A DNA stretch of 64,000 nucleotides from Octopus vulgaris (lineage: Eukaryota): positions 22,630,001 to 22,694,000 of the forward strand of contig OX597835.1 in assembly GCA_951406725.2 (NCBI GenBank). The letters are read 5' to 3'. The translations under genes were made by a program, and so were the position numbers. Below the pieces are notes generated by a model. That model was not told where the DNA came from. It ran no database searches and saw only the letters and a list, made by a program, of their open reading frames with translations. This document shows positions 23,860 through 36,530 of this stretch, piece by piece. Position 1 is the first letter of the stretch; each line of letters opens with the position of its first letter.

Positions 23860-24312
23860 TCTTTCTCTCTCTCTCTCTCTCTCATTCTTCCTCTCTACCC
23901 CCTCTCATTCTTTCTCTCTGCCCCCTCTTTCTTTCTCTCTTTGTCCCCTCTCATTCTTTCTCTTCCTACCCCTCTCTCATCTCTCTCTTTGCCCCCTTTC
24001 ATTCTTTCTATCTGCCTCCTCTCATTTCTCTTTGTCCTCTCATTATCCCTCTCTCTGTCCATTATCTCTCTCTCTCTCTCTCTCTCTGCCCCATTATTCT
24101 CTCTCTCTATGTCCCCTCTCATTCTTTTTCTCTCTTTGCCCCCCCCCCTCATTCTTTCTGTCTGCTCCCTCTCATTTCTCTTTGCCCTCTCATTATCTCG
24201 CTCTCTCTCTGCCCCCTCATTCTCTTTTTCTCTCTCCGTCCCCTCTCATTCTTTCTCTCTCTCTCTGTCCCTCTCATTCTCTCTCTCTGCCCCTCTCATT
24301 CTTTCTCTCTAT
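23860..24312. repeat. CT-rich degenerate tandem repeat (ccctctcattctttctctct)
   Basis: low complexity. Confidence 0.9.
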
Positions 24313-25140
24313 CAGCTGGCTGCCCTTCTTACTGCCAACCACTTTACAGTGTGTACCCAGAGCTTTACTCATGCAGTTTGCAAGTCTCAAAACCAGGGGG
24401 TGGGGAATGGGGAGAGTCTTCATATTACCAGATGAAGGTTAAGGTATAAGGGAACTGGGTGGGACAGGGCAGGTTCTTGTAGGGGAGCTAAATGGCTCCT
24501 TACATTTAAGGAGGAGCAAGGAAGAGAGGAAGGAATCTTTCATAGCCGCTATGTCCAGTTGGTACCTTGAGGTGTGAGGCTAGTAAGAGTGGGGACAATG
24601 AAACTCTGTGGGTGGGGGCTTGCAAGAATGTATGAGGGTGGGGCGGAGGAAAGGGTAACATCTGTAAGAACTGGGTGGGGTTAAAGGGTGGATATGAGGA
24701 TGAGAATTGTCAAGGGTATCTGAAATTGGAGATAGAGGGATACAATAAGCAAGCAGTAATAGGATAGGTGGTGGTGGTGGGTGGGGGTACAAGATGGAGA
24801 TGATGTGTTTGAGTAGGGAACAGTTGAGGAAGAGAGAGGAAGCCGGGTGAAGTGCATAAAGGGAGAATTCAATGGTCCTGTGTAGGGATGGAAGAAATCA
24901 GTGTCTTGTATGGATGTAGAGAATAATATCAATGGATGAGAAAATGTAGAATCAGCAGGCAGAGTAGTGCAGTGGGAGAGATGTAGGGGGTGGGAGAGAT
25001 GTAGGGGATTGGAATGATACATGTGTACACCCGGCAGTGTATGGAATGTTTTAGTTTTCATATTGTATTTGGTATAATCTTATAATTTATGAAAATAATC
25101 TTAATCCAATTATTTTTTTTTTTTCTTTCCAATCTTGAAG

Positions 25141-25233
25141 AGAAAAATCCTTTAAAAGCGAAAATCACTCCTCCCAAAAAGAACTCCTGTTTCTACATCT
25201 GTCAGCATTGCCTTGTTCATTTGGGAGATATCG
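25141..25233 (+). CDS. SMG7: SMG7 exon: EKNPLKAKITPPKKNSCFYICQHCLVHLGDI
   Basis: long poly-T tract then gaag acceptor, gtaagt donor; YICQHCLVHLGDI matches human. Confidence 0.95.
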
Positions 25234-25559
25234 GTAAGTACAGTCACAGCATTACACATAATACCTGTAGAACGGCTCCATGGTGCTGTTGCTTTAAAAC
25301 CCTTTCGTTACCAACCCGGCCAAAACTGGCTCTGACACTGTAGTACAAATGTCTTGTTTTCATAAGTTTTTCATTAAAATCTTTCACCAAACCTTAGTTG
25401 CAATTTATGTTCTTAACACTAGCTTAATGATAATTGAATTATTTTACTAAATTCTTTGTTGATGATGATGATTTAAAATAATTGAAAGAAACACAGAGCA
25501 TCTCAAAATAAATACAGTAACGAAAGGGTTAAATTGTCTTTCAGAAATAATGTATTAGT

Positions 25560-26853
25560 ATCAATGTAATTGATTAAACCTTTCCCCAAATTTCAAGCCT
25601 TGTGCCTCCATTAGAAAATTCAAATGCTGCCTTTCATCCTTCCAGGGTCGATGAAATAGGTTGATGCACTAGGGTTGATGTAACCGATCAGCCTTCTCCA
25701 TCAAAATTTCATGCCATGTGTCGATAATAGAAAGGAATGAAGCTGGCAGAATCATTAGCATGCTGGACGGAATGCTTAGCATTATTTCTTTTGTCTTCAT
25801 GCTCTAAGTTCAAATTCTGGCGGGATTGGCTTTGCCTTTCATCCTTTCGGAGTTGATGAAATAAGCACCAGTTATGCACTGGGGTTGATGTAATCGACTA
25901 TACCCTCTCCCCTACAATTTCAGGTCTTGTGCCTACAACAGAAAGGATTATTATTATTATCATTATTATTAAGACAGCGAGCTGGCAGAATCATTAGCAC
26001 ACTGAGTGAAATGCTTAGCTGTATTTTGTCTGATGCTGCATTCTGAGTTCAAATTCCGCCAAGGTCACACTTTGCTTTTCATCTTTTCGGGATCAATAAA
26101 TTAAGTACCAGTGAAACACTGGGGTCAATGTAATCGACTAGTCCCCTCCTCACAAATTTCCGGCCTTGTGCCTTTAGTAGAAAGGATTATTATAATTAAG
26201 GGCTGGTGAGCTGATAGAATTGTGAACACATCACACAAAATGCTTAGAGGAATGTTTTCTGTCTTTACGTTCTGAGTTCAAATGCCACTGAGCTCAACTT
26301 TGCCACTCATCATTTGGGGTTTGGCAAAATAAATACCACTTGTACGTTTGGGTCAACGTAATCAACTGCCCTCTCTTCCAAAATTTTTTTGCTCGTACTT
26401 GTAGTAGAAAGTTTAAAGGCGGCGAGCTGGCAGAATCGTTAGCATGCCGGGCAAAAATGCTTAACAGTATTTCGCTCATTGCTACATTCTGAGTTCAAAT
26501 TCCACAGAGGTTGACTTTGCCTTTCATCCTTTTGGAGTCGATAAATTAAATACCAGTTGTGCACTGGAATTGATCTAATCAACTGGTCCCCTCCCCACAC
26601 TAAATTTCAGACCTTGTGCCTATAGAAGAATTATTATTATTATTATTATTATTATTAAGGGGATAAGTTGGCAAAATGCTTAGTGGTATTTTGTCTGCTG
26701 CTATGTTCCGAGTTCAAATTTCACTGAGGTTGACTTTGCCTTTCATCCTTTCGGAGTTGATAAAATAAGTACCAGTTGAACACTGGGGGGTTGATATAAT
26801 CGACTTACCCCCTTTCCCAAAATTGCTGCCCTTGTGGCAAAAATTTGAAACCA

Positions 26854-26855
<2 letters not shown>
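25560..26855 (+). mobile_element. Cluster of about 6-7 same-orientation SINE family B copies and fragments
   Basis: repeated gcctttcatcctt..gataaa..accag..ggggt.gatgtaatcgact units separated by (ATT)n. Confidence 0.85.
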
Positions 26856-26894
<39 letters not shown>

Positions 26895-27641
26895 GAGTGA
26901 GAGAGCAGTTGATGCCATCAAAGTGACACTGGGGTAAAATATACGAAGCCCAATATACCCATCATGACTACCCGTCTGATAAGGGTACACCAGGCACATG
27001 CATCACAACCATATGTGCGCGACATGGTGATCTCATATCAAGATAAACAGCACATGACCTTGCAGGTGGGCCCAGTTAGAATTTTCTTCAGGTCTAGTAG
27101 CCCATCCCGCTCAAAAGGTCCCTGAATAAGGGTTGTTTAAGGATGTTGAAAGAACCTCCCATGTTTCCAGAGGTGAATTATTCAAACCCCAAAGAATCCC
27201 TCTCAACAAACACATGGCTATGATGCTCCCCCACTACTTCTGCTCTTGACCAGAGATGCACATATCATCAGCCTCCAAGGGACACGCTCAACTGGTTAAG
27301 GTCAAACAACTGACAAGCAAATCTGTGGTATTGAGCAGAATATTTACTGTAGCCCATCTTTTATACCAAGACAAAACAATGTACATGATAACACTTCCAA
27401 TCAGTTAAGATCAGAAGCCATGAGAGCCACTGCCTGGTACTGCATCAGGGCATTTATCGTACTGCATCAGGGCATTTATATTATTATTATTATTATTATT
27501 GTGTTCATCATTCTATTGAGATTGTTGATGGCAGACCTTGTTTGTAATTCAGTTTCGTTGACCAGTTTAGAATTGTTTTGTTTATATCGATTATGTGTTC
27601 AGTTTTATCGAATTATAATTGAAATGTCGTTATCGTTGTAG

Positions 27642-27713
27642 CTCGTTACCGCCAAGAAGTGGATCAAGCACAAACATATTACTGGCATGCTGCTAATTTA
27701 GTACCATCAAATG
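27642..27713 (+). CDS. SMG7: SMG7 exon: ARYRQEVDQAQTYYWHAANLVPSN
   Basis: tgtag/gtaagt; completes the D-I-A-R-Y-R motif (Arg equivalent to human R163). Confidence 0.96.
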
Positions 27714-29446
27714 GTAAGTTAAGGAAGGGTTGACTGTATATCTAACAACAGTACACTGTCTTTGTATTTTTAACTCTACACACACACACACTCACACGTA
27801 TCTGTGTGTGTAGGTTTATTAAACTTCAAAGTTCAATTTTATTTGTAAAAGTTCAATAAATGTATAATCTGCTAGACATGTTAAATAATCTTTAACATTA
27901 TTGTTAAATGGTTACTGTATGTAAACTGATATTTAAGCAATGTGTTCCAGGTTCAGTTCCACTGTGTGGCACCTTGGGCAAGTGTCGGCCTTGGGCTGAC
28001 CAAAGCCTTTTGAGTGGATTTGGTAGACAGAAACTGAAAGAAGCCCATTGGATATATATATATATATATATTTGTGTGTCTATGCTTGTCCCCAACATCA
28101 CTTGACAACTAATGTTGGTGATTTTATGTCCCTGTAACTTAGCGAATCAGCAATAGAGACTGATAGAATAAGTACTAGGCTTGCAAAGAAGTCATCCTGG
28201 GGGTGATTTCTTTGACTAAAGGCGGTGTTCCAGCATGGCCGCAGTCAAATGACGGTAAAGAATAAAAGAATATATGTATATGTGTGTGAACCTTACAAAT
28301 AAGACAAGGGACTGAGATATGTGGTGCATTACTGTATTCAAGAAGACCCACCCACCACAACAGAATGGAGACCCTAAAACCATTGTGCCATGTAAAAAGA
28401 ATCACTTTCTGGAGTGGTTGGCATTAGGAAAGGCATCCAACTGTTGAAATCAAGCCAAAACAGACTATAGAACTTGGTGTGGCCCCAGGCCTTGCCAGCC
28501 AAGTCAGACCATCTGATCCATGCCAGCATGGAAAACACACACACACACACACACACTGTATTGCCTCGTATTTATTTATATGTTAATCTTGACATCCATG
28601 CTGCAGAGAGCTCCACCTAGCAAATTACTTTATTTGCTAATTTAGAGTTCGAAACCATGGTCCAAGAGAAAGATGGAAAATGTTTTTATTTTTCATTCCC
28701 TTCAAAATTTATCCCTAATAGGGGTTTGGATTTTGGCTGCTCCTTCTATATATATATATATATATATAAGAAATTAAAAAAGGAAAATACGCACACTTAC
28801 ATAGTTTTAATATAATTTTTAATATATCGACTGGTTTCGCTATCGCTATTCATGATCATGAACAATCGTGGGGATAATCGAAATTCCTCTTTTCTGTTAC
28901 TACTACTATATATATGTATATGCATCAAGCCATAGAAACCATGCCAAATCAGATTTGAATCTGGTGCAGCCACTTGGCTTACCAGCTTTGGTCAAACTGT
29001 CCAACCCATGCTAGCATGGACAATGGACATTAAATGATGATGATGATGATGATAGTGAGGGTGCATGGTCTGATGGTCTGGGTGTTGTACTCATGAAAGC
29101 AAGATTGCAGAGTGGTGCGTTCTTGAGCAGAACACTTCACCTTCTATTGCTCTGTGCTTGCTTCAACACTTGATGTGTGGTGCACTGTGCACCTGTTGAG
29201 GAGACGTCAATTTGAAGGAGAGAGTAAGCTACTATGCTGCAGAAACATTTGATCACTATAAACAAAATGTCATCTGTGCAGGTTGTTCAGCATGAAATTG
29301 CAGGACCCTCATCTGTTGTTTTTTTTTTTTTTTTTTGTTGTCTTTTTTTATAGGAGAATCCAACATGTGTGTTTGGGGTGTATGTAGAGAAGCATTTATA
29401 CAGGAAATACATAAACCAATTTTGTTTCTGTTGATTCAATTTTCAG

Positions 29447-29600
29447 GTCAACCCTACAACCAGCTGGCCATACTTGAGGCAGCCCGTGGTAACAAGCTGA
29501 CCACAGTGTTTTATTACATCCGCAGTTTAGCAGTGAGGCATCCCTTCCCTGTGGCTGCTACCAACCTTGAGAAGTTCTACAGCAAACTTGCCAAAGACTC
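29447..29600 (+). CDS. SMG7: SMG7 exon: GQPYNQLAILEAARGNKLTTVFYYIRSLAVRHPFPVAATNLEKFYSKLAKD
   Basis: ttcag/gtatgt; EST1/SMG5-6-7 signature GQPYNQLA...YY.RS.AV..PFP.A..NL. Confidence 0.97.
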
Positions 29601-29662
29601 GTATGTTTCACTTCTAAGTAACCTTTGCCCTCTTTTATCTTCTGCTCTCTCTATATATAATA

Positions 29663-29730
<68 letters not shown>

Positions 29731-29830
29731 TACATATATTCAAAATTCATTCAAAATGTGACCACGTGTGTACCATTGGCGATTTTTTTTCCCTCCACCT
29801 TCCCTTCCTTGGATCTTTCCTTTTCCTATG

Positions 29831-29863
29831 TTTCTGACAAAGAGCTCTACTCGAAACGTTAAA
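29831..29863 (+). ncRNA. Degenerate minimal hammerhead motif (Penelope pLTR-like)
   Basis: ttt-CTGACAA-a-gag ctcta ctc-GAAA-cg-TT-aaa; segment flanked by (TA)n. Confidence 0.5.
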
Positions 29864-30324
29864 TCCGCCTTCTTTCTTTCCTTTCCTGAGTGTCCAATAA
29901 CACTATATTTGTTCCACGTCCTCGTGTTGTGTTTTCTTGTTTGGATTAACTTTATTGATATATATATATATATATATATAAGGTTAATATTCTCCAAAGC
30001 ACGTCTCCCTTCTCCTCGAAATTATCATCCATGCAAGGGTCATTACTAATTTCTTAGGTTCTTATGTGACATTTGGTTACCCTGGTAACTGTTCCTCTGG
30101 AATTTTCCTTGTAAATTAAACATACACACACACACTTTCCTCACCTTTCATAACCTGTTGTATTTGTCTTGCCCAACCCACATCTTGGCATGAATGCTAA
30201 AATGTTGAACAAAATGCTTCTGTGGCATTTAATAGCACTCTGTTTCGATATCGAATCTTGCTTGGGCTGGTTTTACATTTCCTTCTTTTGAGGTCAATGA
30301 AGTAAAGTACCAGCAAGTAGTTTT

Positions 30325-30678
30325 CAAACTCCACCCGTCTAACACCTGTGGACATATTTACAAAGTCAGAAAACAGCACAGCTCCCATGACTTTAGGAAA
30401 CATATTTTCACGCTGAGAGTTGTTGAAGCATGGAACAAACTGCTGGCATCAGTTGTTAGTTGTCGGAGCACTGCATCCTTCAAAACTTCCATGCTTTCTG
30501 AGATTCGCCAACACTACACCTGATTTTCTCCCCTCCATACACACACAAGCATGTATCTGACTCATACATCGTTCGCTTTCCAGACACTTGTACATTACTG
30601 CATATGCTTTATATGCACTTTCCGACAAGTTGTGGTGCACCTGAGCACTGTATACAATAATTTCATTATTATTATTAT
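30325..30678 (+). mobile_element. CR1-type LINE 3' fragment
   Basis: same family as 37905 and 39835; (ATT)n tail. Confidence 0.85.
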
Positions 30679-31644
30679 AATAGACTGATATTTACACAGT
30701 GAGCTTGCAGAATTGTTGGCTATCAGACAAAATGCTTAGCAGCATTTCTTCAAGCTCAGGGGTTCCCGACCCCCTGCGGGGGATCCCGAAGCCTTGGCCG
30801 GGAGGTCTCGTAGCCTTGCTAGAGGTGGCTTGGGATAATATTAATTTCATAAAATGTAAATCAAGCTGCTGATAGTAAGTGGGGGTCATGAGGGTTTCAA
30901 GCTTTTGCATAAGGGGCCATGAGTGCAAAAAATGTTGGGAACTGTTGTTCTAGCTGTTTATATTATGAGGTCAACTTTGCCTTTCAGCCTTTCCAGGTGA
31001 TAAAATAAGTACTAGTTGAATAATGAGGTTGATGCAATTGACTTGCTGGCCTTCTACTAAAATTAGAAACAGTTGTTATGGCGACAGAATTGGTAAACCA
31101 GTGGACAGACTGCTTTGTGATACTTAGTTATGTTTAGTTACCTCCTTGATTTTGTTCTGTGTTCAAATCCTGTTGATGATTACCTTCACCTTTCAATCTT
31201 CCAGAGTTCATAAAATCAGTACCAGTTATATCCTAGGTCAATCTAATCAATCGTCTCCATATCTTTAAATGTGGTGCTTCGTTTTGATTGGAAGAATCAT
31301 TATAGTATTTGACAAAATGTTTTGCATTGTTTGTTCTTACTGTCTACTTTCTGAGTTCAAATCCTACCAATGTTAACTGTGCTTTCATTCTTCTGGGCTC
31401 CATAAAATAAATTACAACCCTACAACAAGGGTCAGTTTATATCCACCCTGTATACCCATCGACTTCTTTCTGACACTCCCCAAGTGTATACCCTTCAACA
31501 TCATTATTAGCCCTCTGTAATATTTTATACCACTCCCTTTTTGTATACATTCCACTATCATTGTTATCCCTTTCTTTTACTTTGCCTTGACATTCTCTTT
31601 TTATACCCACCTTCATTGTTGTTATCCCATCTCATCTGTTACAG

Positions 31645-31727
31645 GACTGACTTCAAAGGCAAGCTGTCGATGAGTGAGCTTATTGCGGCCTTTCTCCAGT
31701 TCCACGCCCTCATACACCTCAAAGCTG
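31645..31727 (+). CDS. SMG7: SMG7 exon: STDFKGKLSMSELIAAFLQFHALIHLKA
   Basis: tacag/gtagga; similar to human FIKAFIKFHGHVYL; phases 2 in and 1 out fit the neighbours. Confidence 0.9.
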
Positions 31728-33141
31728 GTAGGATGCAAATTTGTTTTTATATTCCGTAATACTTTCATTAATTAAATAATCTACGAGGAAAGAGCAGTGG
31801 GTAGAGAATTATGTAAGATTAGTAGGGTTAAGTAAGATAATTGATTCATTGCTTAATTAATGTTTGGAACATAATTGAACAAAAGGCATGTATTAGTATG
31901 TTAGAATGGTGTTTGGAACATAGCAAAAGACAAATATATATATTGTTGCATAAAGATAGTGTTTGGCCCATAGCTTATCAAAAGACGTTGTTATATTAAG
32001 ATGGTGTTTGGAAGATAATGAGACCCTTATATATTAACATATTAAAACAGTGTTTGAAACAGGACAAATATATATTGGTACAAGATGACGGTATTTGGAA
32101 GAATCAAAATCGAAATCAATCAACATCAATGGAAATTGTAGCTGTGATTACCAGCGCCGGTGGCACGTAAGAGAACCATCCGAATGTGGCCGTTGCCAGC
32201 GCCACCCCAACTGGCCTCCATGCCGGTGGCATGTAAAAAGCACCATCCAATCGTGGCCATTGCCAGCCTCGTCTGGCTTCCGTGCCACGTAAAAAGCACC
32301 ATCTGATCGTGGTCGTTTGCCAGCCCCGTCTGGCACATAAAAAGCACCCAATACACTCACGGAATGGTTAGCGTTAGGAAGGGCACAATTCATTTTGTGC
32401 CCCATTTCTTTTAACCCTTTAACATTGAGATTATTCTGACAAATGTAATGCTTTGTCATCCACATCGTTTTTAATTAATCTTGAATTATTTTGTTGCTTT
32501 GAAAATTACAATGATGTGATTGTGTATTTTATAATGGCATTGCCGGGTAGATGTGATAGGCAGGATCTGGCTGGCAAGAACATAAAGCTGGTAGCATATT
32601 AGGGCCAGATATGGCTGGTTTAAACACTAAAGGGTCAATTCTCATTTTTCATCAACAGTTCCGACAAATCGGTCAAGACTTGGCGACTTCTACCATCAAG
32701 GCATTGACAATGCTAGCAGAATGTTGGCAAGAAGTCACGGACAACGAAGGAGAATGTATTATTGACTGTATTAAAATTGTTGATGAAAAATAAGGATTAA
32801 AATAATGGGAGAAAAGAAAAGAACGAATTTCTCTGACAGCCCTGTACATAACAAGGCTGGTCTATATAGCGTATGTGTATGTATAATGTGCAGATCTACA
32901 TATTCTAATCTTTGTAGAAATGGTGTATCAGAGACAAAATATTTGATAGGATTAAAGTACTAGATAACTGACATAATCATAATTTCACATTCATGATCAA
33001 GGTAGATAACTCTGCTTGATCTCAAATATAAACCAACGCGAGAAGTCTTAACGTTGTGCATGTAATCTAGACATATGTATACTATGTGCACATAGATATG
33101 TGATTACTATATATATATGTGTGTGTATGTGCATGTATATA

Positions 33142-33181
<40 letters not shown>

Positions 33182-33384
33182 GAAAAAAGATTAGAGATCT
33201 ATACAAATGAAATTTTTACATATAAAAGATGGATACAGTTCTTTGACAGATATTTGTCCTCGTCTTGTTTGTTGTTAACCCCAAGATTCCGAGTTCGTTT
33301 CCAGGCAGTGACCTGAATAATAATAATAATATCGGAAAAATACCTTAGGAATGAGAACCCAGGTTTGAAATTCCCCCAGGACAT

Positions 33385-33430
33385 CTGATGAAGACTGGAG
33401 GTGTACATCAGCTGAAACACTGTGTTAACA
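33385..33430 (+). ncRNA. Hammerhead-like motif within inverted repeats
   Basis: CTGATGA, stem II ag(a)ctgg/tcagct, GAAA, stem III acac-t-gtgt; stem I poor. Confidence 0.45.
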
Positions 33431-33870
33431 ACAAACAAGATGAGGACAAATATCCGTCAAATGTAAATAATAGAAGATGGACGTGGAAACAGCAGAGAAA
33501 TAAATCTAAGACATTTGATGATGAAATTCATCTTATCATTACCAGTAATATTCTATATTTTTTTTATATAATTTTTAAGAGTGGCATACGTGTGAAGCAT
33601 TTCCAAGTCGGTGACAATAAGGGTATCCAACTGTAGAAAACTTGCCTCAATAAATGTCATCTGACCCCTATAAGCATAGAGAAGCAGGCGTTGGGGAAAA
33701 TATGATGAATCAATATGTTTACCATTAAGGTTTTTGTTTTACTAATTTCTGCAACTACCAATATTGATAAATGTGTCTCTTTGTCTACCCTGCGAACCCA
33801 CCATTCATAACGTATGTTTATTCAACACAACTGACTCTAACCACATTCTATTGTTCTCTCCTCCATTTAG

Positions 33871-34110
33871 ACTATGAACGTGCTGCTTGTCTCTCTGAGA
33901 AGTTACTCACCAGCCTCCCAGCTCACGTGACCTCACAAAGTTTCTCCACTCCCATGCTCATTCAAATTATTGCCATCAACCTGTTTACTATGCACCACGC
34001 CAAACGACAAATGAACGATGGTTTCTTCGACTCCAACAGCCAACCTGACAAGCAGGAAGAGGAAAGTAAAGTGGAGGAGAAGGGATTTGATATGGCGTTC
34101 AATTTTACAG
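33871..34110 (+). CDS. SMG7: SMG7 exon: DYERAACLSEKLL...QIIAINLFTMHH...DMAFNFT
   Basis: tttag/gtgagt; 240 nt open; INLF..HH motif as in human VINLFQLHH. Confidence 0.93.
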
Positions 34111-34177
34111 GTGAGTGATTGCATACTTAACCAGGATGTAAGTAGCTTGCTATAGAATGTACCACAAGGTAACCACC

Positions 34178-34210
<33 letters not shown>

Positions 34211-34213
<3 letters not shown>

Positions 34214-34596
34214 CGCAGGAGTGGCTGTGTGGTAAGTAGCTTGTTTACCAACCACATAGTTCTGGGTTCAGTCCCACTGTGTGGCATCTTGGGCAAGTGT
34301 CTTCTGCTATAGCCCTGGGCCGACCAATGCCTTGTGAGTGGATTTGGTAGACGGAAACTGAAAGAAGCCTGTCGTATATATGTATATATATATGTATGTA
34401 TGTGTGTGTGTTTGTTCCCCTAGCATTGCTTGACGACTGATGCTGGTGTGTTTACGTCCCCGTCACTTAGCAGTTCGGCAAAAAGAGACCGACAGAATAA
34501 GTACTGGGCTAACAAAAAAAGTCCCGGGGTCGAGTTGCTCGACTAAAGGCAGTGCTTCAGCATGGCCGCAGTCAAATGACTGAAACAAGTAAAAGA

Positions 34597-34597
<1 letters not shown>
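34211..34597 (+). mobile_element. SINE family A inserted in (TA)n
   Basis: full-length copy with (TA)n on both sides. Confidence 0.9.
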
Positions 34598-34645
<48 letters not shown>

Positions 34646-34767
34646 TTCAGCAAAATTTAGATTCAAATGAATATGGTACTTAAGTTAGATGCACCAGAAT
34701 TCTGCATGGTGTTATCCATATAAATCCATGGGGGTAATCAAAATAAGCGACAAGAATAACTCCGGTA

Positions 34768-34857
34768 ATTTGGTACGATTGTTTCGCACTACATCATTTT
34801 ATTAAATGTTGTAAGTATTTACAACAGTTTTAAAATGCTGAGCACTCATCAGTCATT
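34768..34857 (-). ncRNA. Hammerhead motif with long stem II
   Basis: CTGATGA-gtgct..catttt..tgttgtaa/ttacaaca..aaaatg..agtgc-GAAA-caatcg-TA; stem I degraded. Confidence 0.55.
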
Positions 34858-35850
34858 AGTAGAGGTTTTTCATTAATACATAATTTTCATATCAAGTGGT
34901 AACATTATAGAGAAGGTAGATATATAGACAAAGATGTGGATTTAAATTTTAAGAATTTTTGAGGTAGTGGAGCTTATCAACTGACTGACTAAAATTCAGT
35001 TGCTCCGAACCACTGTAAGGTTCTGAGAGGAAAGGACAAATGAAAGAAGACAACAAAGATTTTCTATTTATAGAAATGGGATGAAAGAGATGTCAGAGTT
35101 CCATATAAAGAAATTTATGTAGAGAAAAGGATTGTCACACTACAATGCCAATTACTACTATTTGGTGAACAGATTTGGCATATTTTTTTTTTCAATCGGC
35201 TCTCCTGCAAATTAACATGGGATCCCTTGACAACATAAACTTTATTTCATTAGGGTATCTTTGGCCGATGAGTAGTTAGCGAATTACCCCTCGTTTGGAT
35301 AATTACTACTTTCGAGGTTCTGCTAGCTATGAAATATGTAACCTGAATTTTATCTACTCCATTCTCTAGTTTTAGATTTTCATTCACATACACAGCAATC
35401 CTGGTGCTAACCACGAACTCTAAAATAACATTTTTCAGCTTTTCGAACTTCAATGTGGGAAAAATTTACAACCTTCTACTTCAATAAACCACCAATGTTC
35501 CTTGAAGTCGTTTTTTTTTTTTTTATTCCTCCTACGGATTGCTCAAAGCTAACTAACTTCCTACACCTTGATCCTTGGGTCTTACCTTTACATATACATG
35601 AATAAATCTCCACTCTCTCCTTTGTGTTCAGTTATGTGCTCTACCGAATATTTGCAGTTCTGAGTAGGAACAAGGAACTACCCAACAAGTGGAGCTTACA
35701 AATGCCAAAATTTGTTTAAACTTGAGTATTAATTAATTGGACTGTTGTGGATAGCTTGCATCTCTGCCATTTTATGAGACAATTCGGTATCCACCAGATT
35801 AATTTATCCCTTTTATACTCTTTATACATACATACATATATATATATATA

Positions 35851-36248
35851 TCTTTATATATAAAAGAGAGGTTGTGTACTGTCTGTCTCCTACGATTTAG
35901 ATTCATAACTACTCCCACATTTTGCGGTGCAGTTTAACCAAAGCCGGGTATCTTATAGTTGTGATTCATATCGAGCCCTTCTGGGTATTAGCGCGCGTCT
36001 ACGATGAGTCTACGATTTAAAAAAAATTACCATCAATTTTTCCCATTTTTAATGCATTTTTGGCATATATAAGGGAAGTAACTCTCTAAAAATTTATTAT
36101 TAAATCTCAGAACGTAAAAAGCTACAGTAACACCCCCTCCCCCTTTGTGGTTAGCCATATTGAGATGGCTATTATACTTTACATCTCTAAAAATGCTTAT
36201 ATAGTTATTTCCCTTACAAACCCGAGCAACGCTGGGCGATACTGTTAG
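35851..36248 (+). mobile_element. Non-autonomous Helitron-like element
   Basis: 5' TC..tatatataaaag start; 3' hairpin cccgagcaacgctggg then gTTAG (degenerate CTAG); sits between A and T. Confidence 0.65.
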
Positions 36249-36474
36249 TATTATATATATATATACCTAAAGTATATAATATATCTATACACACACACAC
36301 ATACATTAGGTATATGATATACATTAGCAACAGAAGCAGTATTGATATGGATAAGTAATATTTATCCCTACTTAAATATGAATGTTCTGATAGGCCAAAC
36401 TATCCTGCAGTGTTTACCATGAGAGAGACTCTCCTGCTGATGGGAAGATAAATCCCCACCATCTCCACCACTGG

Positions 36475-36530
36475 GACTATCAGATCACGTGATTTTGATC
36501 TACCTTGGTCTTATCAGTGATTGAGGCTCG
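36475..36530 (-). ncRNA. Degenerate hammerhead, paralog of 16101-16151
   Basis: atca-CTGATAA-gacc aaggta gatc-AAAA-tcacgtga-TC-tgat. Confidence 0.5.

Noticed and set aside
28825-28865. Minus-strand gcGAAAccagTC half-motif with a small palindrome
   Set aside because: CTGANGA half is missing; cannot be folded as a hammerhead
29447-29600. Alternative assignment to SMG5 or SMG6
   Set aside because: The N-terminal exons match SMG7-specific sequence (DLEYALDKKVEQDLWNHAFKNQI), and a Pro-rich tail rather than a PIN domain follows within the window
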